From an uncultured delta proteobacterium (GTDB lineage: Bacteria; Myxococcota_A; Polyangia; Polyangiales; Ga0077539), in assembly GCA_903845045.1 (NCBI GenBank), contig CAIMWA010000277.1, positions 1 through 57,936 on the forward strand: 57,936 nucleotides of DNA, in the 5' to 3' direction. The notes under the pieces were generated by a model that worked only from the letters and a program-made list of their open reading frames with translations, was not told the DNA's origin and made no database searches. Shown here piece after piece: positions 8,229-16,821 of the stretch. Position numbers and translations under genes: made by a program. Numbering within the stretch: position 1 is the stretch's first letter; each line of letters begins with the position of its first letter.

Positions 8229-10361
8229 ATGGCCGTGTTGAGAGCCCACTTGGATTTCGAGACGGCCAGTCCCCAGCCGCTGGGCGCCCAGGCGAGCGTC
8301 GGGGTGTATCGGTACGCCGAAGACCCTGACACTCGCATCTGGGGCTTCTGCTGGCGCCTGGGCAGCGGGGGAGTATTTCCCTGGTATCCAGGCGACCCGG
8401 CGCCCCGCCCGCTGCTCGACCACATTGACATGGGCCGCACGATCGTCGCCCACAACGCGCCGTTCGAGTTCAACATCTGGAACACTGTCCTCCCTCGGAT
8501 CGAGCCGACATGGCCGCGCCTGTTGCTCGGCCAGATGAACTGCACGATGGCTCGGGCGATGGCTCTCGGACTGCCCGCCGACCTTGACAGGCTCGGGAAA
8601 GTGCTCGGGACAGCGAACACGAAAGACGACTACGGCCATAGCCTTATGCTGAAAATGGCGAAGCCGCGCGGGAACGACATTGAGGGGGGCTACCTGTGGC
8701 ACGACGACTCCGTCGACATTAAGTATCTTATCGAAACGTATTGCGCCCGTGACGTTCTCACTGAGTGCGACATCGACGCTAAGTTACCAGATTTGTCGCC
8801 GAGTGAACGCGATCTTTGGGATATCGACCAAAAGATAAATATGCGCGGCGTTGGGATAGACGTGGTGTTTGCCCGCCGCGCCGTCGCGCTGGGCGATATA
8901 TCCGTAAAGTTCGCTGACCAAGAAATGCGGCGGTTGACAAACAACCAAGTCAGTCGCTGCACAGAGGTCGCAAAGATCGTCGCGTGGATCCAGAGTCGCG
9001 GCCTACCGGCTACGACGCTACAGAAGCACGAAATCGACGAGTATATCGCTCTCGCTGAGTTCACCGAAGACGACGCCGTGAGGCAAGTCGTACAGTTGCG
9101 GCAAGCGGCGGCAAAAACTTCGACGGCAAAGTACGCGAAGATGATGGCGTGCGCCAACAGCGACGGTAGGGTGCGCGGGATGCTGCAATACCACGGCGCC
9201 CGGACGGGCCGGTGGTGCCTAACAGGCGATCACGAGGTGCTGACGAGGGAAGGCTGGTGCCGGCTTGATGAATATTGGGGCGGAGCGATAGCGTGTTGGA
9301 GCCCTGACGGCGCTATGGCCTTCCTCGACTCCGAGGCTAATGTTTTTGAGTTCTCCGGGGAACTCACCCGGCTGCACAACTTCCGGATAGACCAGACTTC
9401 TACTGACGACCATCGGATGCCGGTGTTTCCGCGCTCGGATCGAGGCGGTAATTTCACGGTACGTACGGCGGCGTCGGTGAAACAGTACGACCGTATCCCC
9501 GTCACAGGGATGATGGCCCGTCCTGCCGGCATTCCGGAAGTCATTCTGCGGATATTAGTGATGGTGCAGGCTGACGCGCACTACCACGCGGACGGAGTTC
9601 GTTTCTCCTTCAAGAAGCCGAGGAAAATATTCAGGTGCGAGCATTTGCTTCGCGCCGCCCGGATAGGCTATAAAAAGTACAGCAAGCACAGCGACGGGCG
9701 CACTTCCATAGAGATCGTCAGGAAGAACGTCCCACATTGGCTAGCCGTATTTAAGGACAAGAAATTCAGATGGGACTGGTTGGACTGCGACGCCGACGTG
9801 TTCTTCGAGGAGTTGGCGCTGTGGGACGGTTCGCAGTGCGGCCCGAAAAGCGTTCAGTACGGCACTAAGGTCAGGAGTAACGCAGACTTCGTGCAGGCGT
9901 TGGCTCACACTTCGGGGCGCGCTGTGCGCATGAGCGTAAGGACTAGCGCGGAGCGAGGCAAATCCCACTGGTCAGACATGTACGTTGCCAGCGTCTGGGA
10001 CAACCCGGGGCCTGCGGAATTGCGGTTTGCCGGAAAGAGCGCGGCGACTTCGACGAAGGTTCCGTACACCGGCCTAGTGTACTGCCCGACTACGCCGACA
10101 GGGTTTTTCTTAGTGCGTCGCGGCGAGACTGCGTGGGTGACGGGAAATTCAGGGAGGGGTCCGCAGCCACAGAATTACCCTCGTTTTGACCACGAGAACG
10201 CCGACGACGTTGCACAAGTCGAAGCGCTGCGCCTCGCGTTGCTGTCAGCGAAGCCTGTTGCCGTCGTTCACGAAGAGTTACGCGCGGCTTACGGGCCAGT
10301 CCTTCCGCTTTTAGCGAAGGCGCTGCGCAGCACATTTGTCACGCAATCCGGGGGGATGTGA
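8229..10361 (+). CDS. Family A DNA polymerase, N-terminal part (3'-5' exonuclease + thumb), intein-containing
   Basis: HLDFET, VAHNAPFE, YCARDV exonuclease motifs; STAKY; HGARTGRW|intein|SGRGPQPQNYPR. Confidence 0.92.
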   Translation: MAVLRAHLDFETASPQPLGAQASVGVYRYAEDPDTRIWGFCWRLGSGGVFPWYPGDPAPRPLLDHIDMGRTIVAHNAPFEFNIWNTVLPRIEPTWPRLLLGQMNCTMARAMALGLPADLDRLGKVLGTANTKDDYGHSLMLKMAKPRGNDIEGGYLWHDDSVDIKYLIETYCARDVLTECDIDAKLPDLSPSERDLWDIDQKINMRGVGIDVVFARRAVALGDISVKFADQEMRRLTNNQVSRCTEVAKIVAWIQSRGLPATTLQKHEIDEYIALAEFTEDDAVRQVVQLRQAAAKTSTAKYAKMMACANSDGRVRGMLQYHGARTGRWCLTGDHEVLTREGWCRLDEYWGGAIACWSPDGAMAFLDSEANVFEFSGELTRLHNFRIDQTSTDDHRMPVFPRSDRGGNFTVRTAASVKQYDRIPVTGMMARPAGIPEVILRILVMVQADAHYHADGVRFSFKKPRKIFRCEHLLRAARIGYKKYSKHSDGRTSIEIVRKNVPHWLAVFKDKKFRWDWLDCDADVFFEELALWDGSQCGPKSVQYGTKVRSNADFVQALAHTSGRAVRMSVRTSAERGKSHWSDMYVASVWDNPGPAELRFAGKSAATSTKVPYTGLVYCPTTPTGFFLVRRGETAWVTGNSGRGPQPQNYPRFDHENADDVAQVEALRLALLSAKPVAVVHEELRAAYGPVLPLLAKALRSTFVTQSGGM
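9216..10148 (+). mobile_element. Intein 1 (311 aa) with in-frame LAGLIDADG-type endonuclease
   Basis: Starts CLTGDHEVLTREGW, block B STDDHRM, ends VYCPTTPTGFFLVRR...VTGN followed by Ser; removal restores TGRWSGRG; VMVQADA and ELALWDG resemble dodecapeptide motifs. Confidence 0.9.
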
Positions 10362-12265
10362 TGTTTGTCGGCGGGGACTTTTCAAACATCGAAGGCCGCG
10401 TCAACGTGTGGCTGGCTGGCGACACTTGGAAACTCGATGCTTTCCGGGCTTACGACGCTGGGCTTGGCCCTGACCTTTACCGAGTGGCGTACGCGAAAGC
10501 GTTTAACGCCTTGGTCGAAAGCGTCACCAAGCCGCAGCGCCAGATCGGGAAGGTCATGGAACTGGCCTGTTTTTCACGAGGCGAACTCGTCCTTACCGAC
10601 CAAGGGCTAGTCCCCATAGAGCACGTTACCCTAGAGCAACGTGTCTGGGACGGGGTTGATTTTGTTAGTCATGATGGGGTAGTGTCGAAGGGTATCAAGG
10701 AGGTCATTCGGTATGACGGGCTCACGGCCACCCCAGATCACCTCGTTTGGACGGAAGGACAGGCCAGTCCGGTTCCCCTTGGCCTCGCCGCCGCCCGCCG
10801 TCTCCACCTCCTTAAATCCGGAGCAGGTGGGAACCCGGTACGGGTGGGTGGAGATTACGGCTCCCGAGCGCAGATACACGAGGTCGAAGTGGAGGGATGC
10901 CTACGTCGCAGTCCGTTGCGCGGGGTGCGGCCGAGAGGGATGGATGCTCTTAGGGAACTTGACGAGCGGCAAAAGCAAAGGATGCCAAGCGTGCTCTCAG
11001 GCGAGAAAAGCGCCTCTGTGGCTGGACCGGCGCGTGACCTCGATGCGCCAGCGTTGTACGAACCCGAAAGACTCGGGGTGGGAGAACTACGGGGGGCGCG
11101 GGATCGAGTTCAAGTTTGCCTCGGTGACCGAGGGCGCTTTGTGGGTGATGCACAATCTCGGTCTGCACCGGGACAAAGACCTGGACCGGGTGGACAACAA
11201 CGGCCATTACGAGGCGGGGAACCTTCGGTACGCCACGAGGTCGCAAAACATGTACAACTGCCGCCTTACGAAGTTGACGGAAGAGGACTTCGAGTGGGCG
11301 CAAACTGTGAGCCCGCTGGGGGTGTCGAAGACTCGGCAATACATGGCTCGGGGTTACACGAGGGATTGCATTCTTGGCGTGGCCGCGATGGCGGTGATCG
11401 AGAAGCGGAAGAACTGGAAAAATATCAAGGCGCGATTGGAAAAGTTGCTGCCTACGACATCCTGAACGCCGGCCCGCGCAACCGCTTCACCGTCTCCGAC
11501 GTGCTCGTCCATAACTGCGGCTACCAGGGCGGCATCGGCGCCTTCATGAAAATGGCCGCCGACTACGGCGTGACGCCCTCGATGCTTGGAAAAGCCGTGT
11601 ACGAGGCGGCTGACAGCGCGACCTGGGACGCTACTGAAGCGCTGTACGAACACGCGCCCGACAAGTACGGCCTTGGGCCTAAAGAGTGGACGGCCATTAA
11701 GATCATTGTCAAAGGCTGGCGGGCCGCGCACCCGAAGACCGTGGCCTCCTGGTGGGCGTATCAGAATGCGGCGATTGAAGCGGTTGGGATGCCGGGCCAA
11801 GTCGTCGGAGTCGAAGATGTCGCCGTAAGCTACTACTCGACGGGCGAGTATCTGTTCTGTTTGCTGCCGAGCGGTCGCTGCATTTCGTACGCGCAACCGT
11901 ACATCAAAGTTGAAGAAGTGACGCGCGTCAACAAGGAGGGCGAAGAGTACACCCGCATGGAGTCGAGCGTGCGGTTCTGGGGTATCCACAGCGTTTCAAA
12001 GCAGTGGACGTGCCTCGGCCTGTACGGCGGCCTCCAGTGCGAGAACATCGTCCAAGCCGTGTCCCGCGACATCATGGTTGAGGCCATGAAGCGCGTCGAG
12101 CGCGCGGGATACCCTTTGATCCTGACCGTCCACGACGAGCTTCTCGCCGAGCATCCGAACCCTGACGTTGAAGAGTTTGAGCGGCTGATGTCTGTCGTCC
12201 CGTCCTGGTGCGCGGGGTTACCGCTGGCTGTGAAAGCGTGGACCGATACGAGGTACGTGAAATGA
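10358..12265 (+). CDS. Family A DNA polymerase, C-terminal catalytic part, intein-containing
   Basis: Motif A GGDFSNIEGR, motif B RQIGKVMELA|intein|CGYQGG, ENIVQAVSRD, motif C TVHDE; start GTG 10358 or ATG 10361. Confidence 0.93.
   Translation: MMFVGGDFSNIEGRVNVWLAGDTWKLDAFRAYDAGLGPDLYRVAYAKAFNALVESVTKPQRQIGKVMELACFSRGELVLTDQGLVPIEHVTLEQRVWDGVDFVSHDGVVSKGIKEVIRYDGLTATPDHLVWTEGQASPVPLGLAAARRLHLLKSGAGGNPVRVGGDYGSRAQIHEVEVEGCLRRSPLRGVRPRGMDALRELDERQKQRMPSVLSGEKSASVAGPARDLDAPALYEPERLGVGELRGARDRVQVCLGDRGRFVGDAQSRSAPGQRPGPGGQQRPLRGGEPSVRHEVAKHVQLPPYEVDGRGLRVGANCEPAGGVEDSAIHGSGLHEGLHSWRGRDGGDREAEELEKYQGAIGKVAAYDILNAGPRNRFTVSDVLVHNCGYQGGIGAFMKMAADYGVTPSMLGKAVYEAADSATWDATEALYEHAPDKYGLGPKEWTAIKIIVKGWRAAHPKTVASWWAYQNAAIEAVGMPGQVVGVEDVAVSYYSTGEYLFCLLPSGRCISYAQPYIKVEEVTRVNKEGEEYTRMESSVRFWGIHSVSKQWTCLGLYGGLQCENIVQAVSRDIMVEAMKRVERAGYPLILTVHDELLAEHPNPDVEEFERLMSVVPSWCAGLPLAVKAWTDTRYVK
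10568..11515 (+). mobile_element. Intein 2 (316 aa) inserted in polymerase motif B
   Basis: Starts CFSRGELVLTDQG, block B TATPDHLVW, ends YDILNAGPRNRFTVSDVLVHN followed by Cys; removal restores ELACGYQGG. Confidence 0.92.
10713..11465 (+). CDS. HNH homing endonuclease nested in the +1 frame of intein 2
   Basis: AAGGAGGT at 10697-10704, 8 nt before ATG; VGTRYGWV, CAGCG...SKGCQAC, SMRQRCTNP...YGGRGI, DLDRVDNNGHYEAGNLRYATRSQNMYN. Confidence 0.85.
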   Translation: MTGSRPPQITSFGRKDRPVRFPLASPPPAVSTSLNPEQVGTRYGWVEITAPERRYTRSKWRDAYVAVRCAGCGREGWMLLGNLTSGKSKGCQACSQARKAPLWLDRRVTSMRQRCTNPKDSGWENYGGRGIEFKFASVTEGALWVMHNLGLHRDKDLDRVDNNGHYEAGNLRYATRSQNMYNCRLTKLTEEDFEWAQTVSPLGVSKTRQYMARGYTRDCILGVAAMAVIEKRKNWKNIKARLEKLLPTTS

Positions 12266-12579
12266 CCGAAGACCAGAAAACCCTGGTTCGGACTCTGCGC
12301 AGGGCCGGGGTTAACCCGCTATCCATCGCGTTCGACAACAACCTCCCCTACGCGGAAGTGTATTGCTTGGCGGAAGACGACGATAAGCGCAGGAAAGAAC
12401 GAGTCAAAACGGAGCGTGCGGCACACGACGCAGCCAAATCGGCGGCTAAGGCCGCAGAGGCTTCCGCCGATGTCGCAGCCTTAGCCTCCGTGAAAGCCAA
12501 CGAGAAAGCGGAGTACGAGCGCCTGCGAGGACTCGGATCGTCAAGTCTTGACGAAGCAGCCACGTGGCGGTGCAGGTGA
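12262..12579 (+). CDS. hypothetical protein
   Basis: ATGA overlap with polymerase stop, GAGG RBS. Confidence 0.6.
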   Translation: MTEDQKTLVRTLRRAGVNPLSIAFDNNLPYAEVYCLAEDDDKRRKERVKTERAAHDAAKSAAKAAEASADVAALASVKANEKAEYERLRGLGSSSLDEAATWRCR

Positions 12580-13466
12580 CGGCGTACTACAACGAGATTG
12601 ATCCGTTCGCCGCCGATTGGTTGCGCAACCTGATCATGGGCGGTCTGCTGCCCGAAGGCGATGTCGACGAGCGCGACATTTGGGACGTTTGCCCGGAGGA
12701 TTTACGTGGATACACTCAGTGCCATTTCTTCGCCGGCATCGGCGGCTGGCCCCTCGCCCTTAGCCTCGCCGACTGGCCCGTCGACCGCCCCGTGTGGACC
12801 GGCTCATGCCCTTGCCAACCTTTCTCCCAGGCAGGCGCGAGGCGCGGGTTCGCTGACGAGCGGCACCACTGGCCCGCTCTCTATCATCTTGCCCGGGAGT
12901 GCCGTCCTCCAGTCTGCTTTGGCGAGCAAGTTGCGAGCCCAGACGGACTTGAATGGCTCGATCTTGTACAAGCTGACTTGGAAATTGCGGGTTACGCCTT
13001 CGCAGCGGTCGATATGGGCGCTGCGGGCGTCAGCGCGCCGCACATTAGACAACGACTGTGGTGGGTGGCCGACGCCAACGACGAAGTTAAAGGCGGGAGG
13101 CGAGTACAAAGACTCGGAGAAAGCGATAGCGCGAGCACTTGGCCCTCACGCCAACGACCTCCGGGATTTCGCCCACTTGGCAGGTTGGCCGACCGCGACC
13201 ACTCGGGATTGGAAGGACGGGGGTTCGGTTGGGACGGTTCCGGACGCTGGATTGCTCGGCCGGGTGTGCTGGCGGGCGCCTGGGACGACGCTGAGTGGAT
13301 CGCCTGCTCAGACGGAAAGTCCAGGCCAGTTGGCGCCGGAGTTCGTGTGTTGGCTCATGGGATACCCGGCCGTGTGGGACGCCTTCGCGGCTACGGTAAC
13401 GCCATTGTGCCGCAAGTCGGCGCGAAATTCATAAAAGCCTTTTTAGACACGGAAACCCGGCGATGA
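12564..13466 (+). CDS. C5 cytosine DNA methyltransferase, large (alpha) polypeptide
   Basis: YYNEID, HFFAGIGGW, GSCPCQPFS, GEQV, APHIRQRLWWVA, LRGYGNAIVPQV. Confidence 0.92.
   Translation: MAVQVTAYYNEIDPFAADWLRNLIMGGLLPEGDVDERDIWDVCPEDLRGYTQCHFFAGIGGWPLALSLADWPVDRPVWTGSCPCQPFSQAGARRGFADERHHWPALYHLARECRPPVCFGEQVASPDGLEWLDLVQADLEIAGYAFAAVDMGAAGVSAPHIRQRLWWVADANDEVKGGRRVQRLGESDSASTWPSRQRPPGFRPLGRLADRDHSGLEGRGFGWDGSGRWIARPGVLAGAWDDAEWIACSDGKSRPVGAGVRVLAHGIPGRVGRLRGYGNAIVPQVGAKFIKAFLDTETRR
12661..13434 (+). CDS. Putative methyltransferase small (beta) polypeptide in overlapping +1 frame
   Basis: GWPTP and GWPTATTRDWKD repeats and GQLAPEFVCWLMGYP (motif IX-like), which is missing from the main frame; true start uncertain. 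Confidence 0.7.
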   Translation: MSTSATFGTFARRIYVDTLSAISSPASAAGPSPLASPTGPSTAPCGPAHALANLSPRQARGAGSLTSGTTGPLSIILPGSAVLQSALASKLRAQTDLNGSILYKLTWKLRVTPSQRSIWALRASARRTLDNDCGGWPTPTTKLKAGGEYKDSEKAIARALGPHANDLRDFAHLAGWPTATTRDWKDGGSVGTVPDAGLLGRVCWRAPGTTLSGSPAQTESPGQLAPEFVCWLMGYPAVWDAFAATVTPLCRKSARNS

Positions 13467-13717
13467 TTAAAGAGCGCGAGCAATTCAAATATCGCATCGC
13501 CCTCAAGACCCTTGAAAGCGCAGGTGTCGGCGTTGACGTGTACATTTCTGACATTTACCATCGCATGGTCGGCGCGCACAAGCGAACAACGCCAACACAA
13601 ATGCAGATGTATGTCGGGGCCGCGATTTCCTACGCGAACCGAAGGTTAGTCGATCATGTCATTGTGCCCGGAGAAAAGAAGCGCACCTACCGTATTGTGC
13701 TAAAGCCGATCGCCTAA
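13463..13717 (+). CDS. hypothetical protein
   Basis: ATGA overlap with MTase. Confidence 0.65.
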   Translation: MIKEREQFKYRIALKTLESAGVGVDVYISDIYHRMVGAHKRTTPTQMQMYVGAAISYANRRLVDHVIVPGEKKRTYRIVLKPIA

Positions 13718-13732
13718 CGCACGGGGTTTCCA

Positions 13733-15772
13733 ATGCCAAAAAGCATGTTGGAAGTCGCGCTCCGTTGGGCGCGTAAAGGCTTCAAGGTCTTCCCTCTCGT
13801 AGAAAATTCAAAACGACATCCGTTGATTACTGACCCGTACGGGCAGTCGACGACTGACGAGGCTGCGATCCGCGCATGGTGGACGTGCCCGGTGACAGGC
13901 GCGGAGCGCAGGCACAACGTCGCGATCGACGCAACAGGGCTGATCATCGCCGATGTTGACGTTGGCAGTGACCCGAACATCGGGAGCAACGAGTACTATA
14001 AGCTCGACGGTCACGACTGCACCCTTGTCGTCAGGACCAGGAGCGGCGGTCACCACTATTTTTTCAACGGCTACGACAGTCACTCGGCCACAAGGTTGCG
14101 CCCGAACTTTGACGTGAAGTCGCACAACGGCTTCGTAGTGGCCGCCGGGAGCGTGGTGGACGGCGTCGAGTATGTCGTCGAGGCCGGTGCCGACCTCGAC
14201 CGCGAGAGCCTGCCCTGGGTTCCCGCTGGGCTCGATGCCGCCACACAGATGTTCGACCCGAACCGGGCGTCGAGCGAAGCCGTGGAGTGGACGGAGGGCG
14301 TGGTCCCCGAGTTGGATCGGCCGAGCCACCTCAGGAGCGCCGTGGAGTGGCTCAAGAGCGCCCCTGGTGCGGTCGAGTTCCAGGGGGGCAACGCCCACAC
14401 CCTGAAGGTCGCGATGGCACTGGTGCGCGATTATGCGCTGTCTGAGGACGCCGCCCACCGGCTCATGCTTGAGGACTGGAACGCCAAGTGCTCGCCGCCG
14501 TGGAGCGCTGACGAACTGCGCGGACTGGTGACAAACGCCGGCAAGTACGCATCAGGCAAACTCGGGTCGGCGCTGCCCGAAGCGCTGTTCGCCGGGGTGG
14601 CGCCGATCGCAGCCGAGTACGAAGGGGGGCAGGCGCCTGCGGCCACTGTAGCGCCGCCGACGGTCATCAGCGCCACGCCGTTCGTCTGGCGCGATCCGGC
14701 CGCCATACCGCCCCGCGAATGGATTTACGGCCGTCACCTGAGCCGGCAGTTCACCTCGATGACCATCGCTCCGGGCGCGGCCGGAAAAAGCTCGCTGCTG
14801 GTGGCCGACGCCTTGGCGATGGCAACTGGCCGGGACTTGACCGGCGCCGCCGTTGTTGGCGGCCCGAAGCGTGTGTGGCTGTGGAACCTAGAAGACCCGC
14901 GGGACGAACTGGAGCGGCGCATCGCCGCCACCATGCTCCGTTACGGGATAACGGCGGCAGACATCGGGGACCGGCTGTTCCTGGACTCCGGGCGGCAGCA
15001 GGGCTTGTGCATCGCGACGCAGGACCGCAACGGTTTCACCATCCTAGAGCCCGTTGTCGACGCGCTCGTGGCCGCGCTGAAAGCGCGGCGGATCGACACG
15101 TTGGTCATTGACCCCTTTGTATCCAGTCACGGCGTCAACGAGAACGACAACAACGCTATTGACACCGTGGCTAAAACGTACGGGCGCGTCGCCGAACTAG
15201 CGAACTGCGCTATCGAATTAGTCCACCATTTGCGGAAGATCGGAGACAACGAGGCTACCGCAGAAAGTTCTCGGGGCGCGGGGGCGTTGGTCAACGCCGC
15301 CCGGTCATGCCGGGTGCTGAACCGGATGACAAAAGACGAAGCCGCAATGGCGGGCGTCGAAAACCACCGTAGCTATTTCCGCGTCGGCGACGATAAAAAC
15401 AATCTTGCCCCGCCGACAGCGGAGAGCGAATGGTTCCAGGTAGAGTCCGTTAACCTCCCGAACGGCGACAATGTCGGCGTCGTGGTCAGGTGGGATCGAG
15501 CCGTCAGCCAGGGCGCGCACTTGGCGAGCATGGCTATGATCCTCAAAGACGCCATGGTGGCCGAGGGGGCGGGCTCTTACAGCGTGTCGGCGGCTATCAC
15601 GCGCCTGCAACTGTCTGATCCGGTGTGGCGGGGTAGAACGACGGGAGTGGCGCGGGCTATGCTTGAGCGCGAGTTTACGCCGGGGGTCAAGGCCGGGAAC
15701 GACATGGTGACGTTCAGCCGGGACGGGAAGAGAGAGGTCGGCCTCCGCTTGGTGAGGGAGGGTGAAAGGTAG
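13733..15772 (+). CDS. Bifunctional primase-polymerase fused to AAA_25/RepA-like helicase
   Basis: GFKVFPL, IIADVD, RTRSGGHHYFF; PriCT-like WNAKCSPPW; APGAAGKS, NLED, LVIDP, LVHH, SRGAGA. Confidence 0.9.
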   Translation: MPKSMLEVALRWARKGFKVFPLVENSKRHPLITDPYGQSTTDEAAIRAWWTCPVTGAERRHNVAIDATGLIIADVDVGSDPNIGSNEYYKLDGHDCTLVVRTRSGGHHYFFNGYDSHSATRLRPNFDVKSHNGFVVAAGSVVDGVEYVVEAGADLDRESLPWVPAGLDAATQMFDPNRASSEAVEWTEGVVPELDRPSHLRSAVEWLKSAPGAVEFQGGNAHTLKVAMALVRDYALSEDAAHRLMLEDWNAKCSPPWSADELRGLVTNAGKYASGKLGSALPEALFAGVAPIAAEYEGGQAPAATVAPPTVISATPFVWRDPAAIPPREWIYGRHLSRQFTSMTIAPGAAGKSSLLVADALAMATGRDLTGAAVVGGPKRVWLWNLEDPRDELERRIAATMLRYGITAADIGDRLFLDSGRQQGLCIATQDRNGFTILEPVVDALVAALKARRIDTLVIDPFVSSHGVNENDNNAIDTVAKTYGRVAELANCAIELVHHLRKIGDNEATAESSRGAGALVNAARSCRVLNRMTKDEAAMAGVENHRSYFRVGDDKNNLAPPTAESEWFQVESVNLPNGDNVGVVVRWDRAVSQGAHLASMAMILKDAMVAEGAGSYSVSAAITRLQLSDPVWRGRTTGVARAMLEREFTPGVKAGNDMVTFSRDGKREVGLRLVREGER

Positions 15773-15817
15773 GGGGAGTGTCGGGCGGTCCGTTCCTATA
15801 GTCAGCGTTCGACCCAG

Positions 15818-15869
15818 CGGCCTGCAATTTCGTTGACGGCCTGCAATTTCGTTGACGGCCTGCAATTTC
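15818..15869. repeat. 19-bp tandem repeat, about 2.7 copies
   Basis: CGGCCTGCAATTTCGTTGA x2 plus CGGCCTGCAATTTC. Confidence 0.95.
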
Positions 15870-15967
15870 TGGCGCCACCGGGCACGTCCGCATCACCGAG
15901 ACTGGCGCGGCGGTTCTGCGCTACGCCTGAACGTCCACAATTCCCCGGCCCTTGGAGGGCCACAAAA

Positions 15968-16230
15968 TGAAAAAGTCTGAAATCGTAGTCGGGAATGTTT
16001 ACGGGAACGGCAATGGAGCGTGGCGAAAAGTCATAGCTGCTGGTCCTGAGTACGTTGCATATCCTAGTCAGGTCGAAACTGACAATCTACGCTATGCGTT
16101 GGTCACCGTCCGCAGATCGGGACCAAAGCGCAGCCCTGACAGCAACTGCACAAGAGCGTCTTTTGCCTCTTGGGCAAAAACTGATGGCACGGGAGCCCCC
16201 GCCGAGGTTCTGAGGGCGCTCTCTCGATAG
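15968..16230 (+). CDS. hypothetical protein
   Basis: GGAGG upstream of MKKSEIVVGNVY; start approximate. Confidence 0.65.
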
Positions 16231-16254
16231 CCCCGGCTGGCGCGGCTGGAACGC

Positions 16255-16821
16255 CTATTTTATCGGCTCCGCCTGGGCTAACAGGGCGGTCTTGGCCGCG
16301 GAGCCGGCTGACGATCCGAAGTAATACGCGAGCACGAGCATCAGGGCAGCGTCGAGCGTACGGAGGCCGTCAGTGACCTGGGGCGGCACGCTGGAAGCGA
16401 ACATCACGGCGGCATAGGCGGCCACCCAGGCGACGAGGACGACGATAGCCAGAGCCCTGGGCGCCCAGTCTTTGACGCTCATCTCGCGCTGGCGGGCGCT
16501 GTCCCTGTCCTTAACGGCGAGGGTTTCGAGGTCAATGCCGGCGGCGGCCAGCTTCTCGGCGTGGGCGAGATCGGCTTGGTGCAGCGCGACGAGCTGATCG
16601 GGCGTCGCCGTGGCGGCGGCTGCGAGGGCCACCTGTGCGCGGGAGGCCAGCGGGGTGTCCTCGGGCGGGGTGAGGCCGAACTGCTGCTCCAGGGCTGACA
16701 CAGCGACGCCAGCGAGGGGTCCGAGCGGCCCGCCCACGGCGGTGCCAAGCATCCCGGCGACAGTGGGGGCGGCTTGCAGCAGAAGGTCGAAGCCTTGGCC
16801 GGCGAGTTTCGAGAGGTCCAT
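16255..16821 (-). CDS. Putative holin-like membrane protein
   Basis: Start MDLSKL coupled to endolysin; APTVAGMLG, DRDSARQRE, two TM segments, YYFGSSAGS. Confidence 0.75.
   Translation of the reverse strand: MDLSKLAGQGFDLLLQAAPTVAGMLGTAVGGPLGPLAGVAVSALEQQFGLTPPEDTPLASRAQVALAAAATATPDQLVALHQADLAHAEKLAAAGIDLETLAVKDRDSARQREMSVKDWAPRALAIVVLVAWVAAYAAVMFASSVPPQVTDGLRTLDAALMLVLAYYFGSSAGSAAKTALLAQAEPIK

Noticed and set aside
6462-8702. 746-aa reverse-strand ORF (and 6133-7062)
   Set aside because: Antisense shadow of well-supported DUF2800, SSB and polymerase genes in GC-rich DNA; no motifs.
10140-10570. Split (trans-splicing) intein joining the two polymerase halves
   Set aside because: Each intein is complete within its own ORF, and the ORF junction is pure extein sequence.
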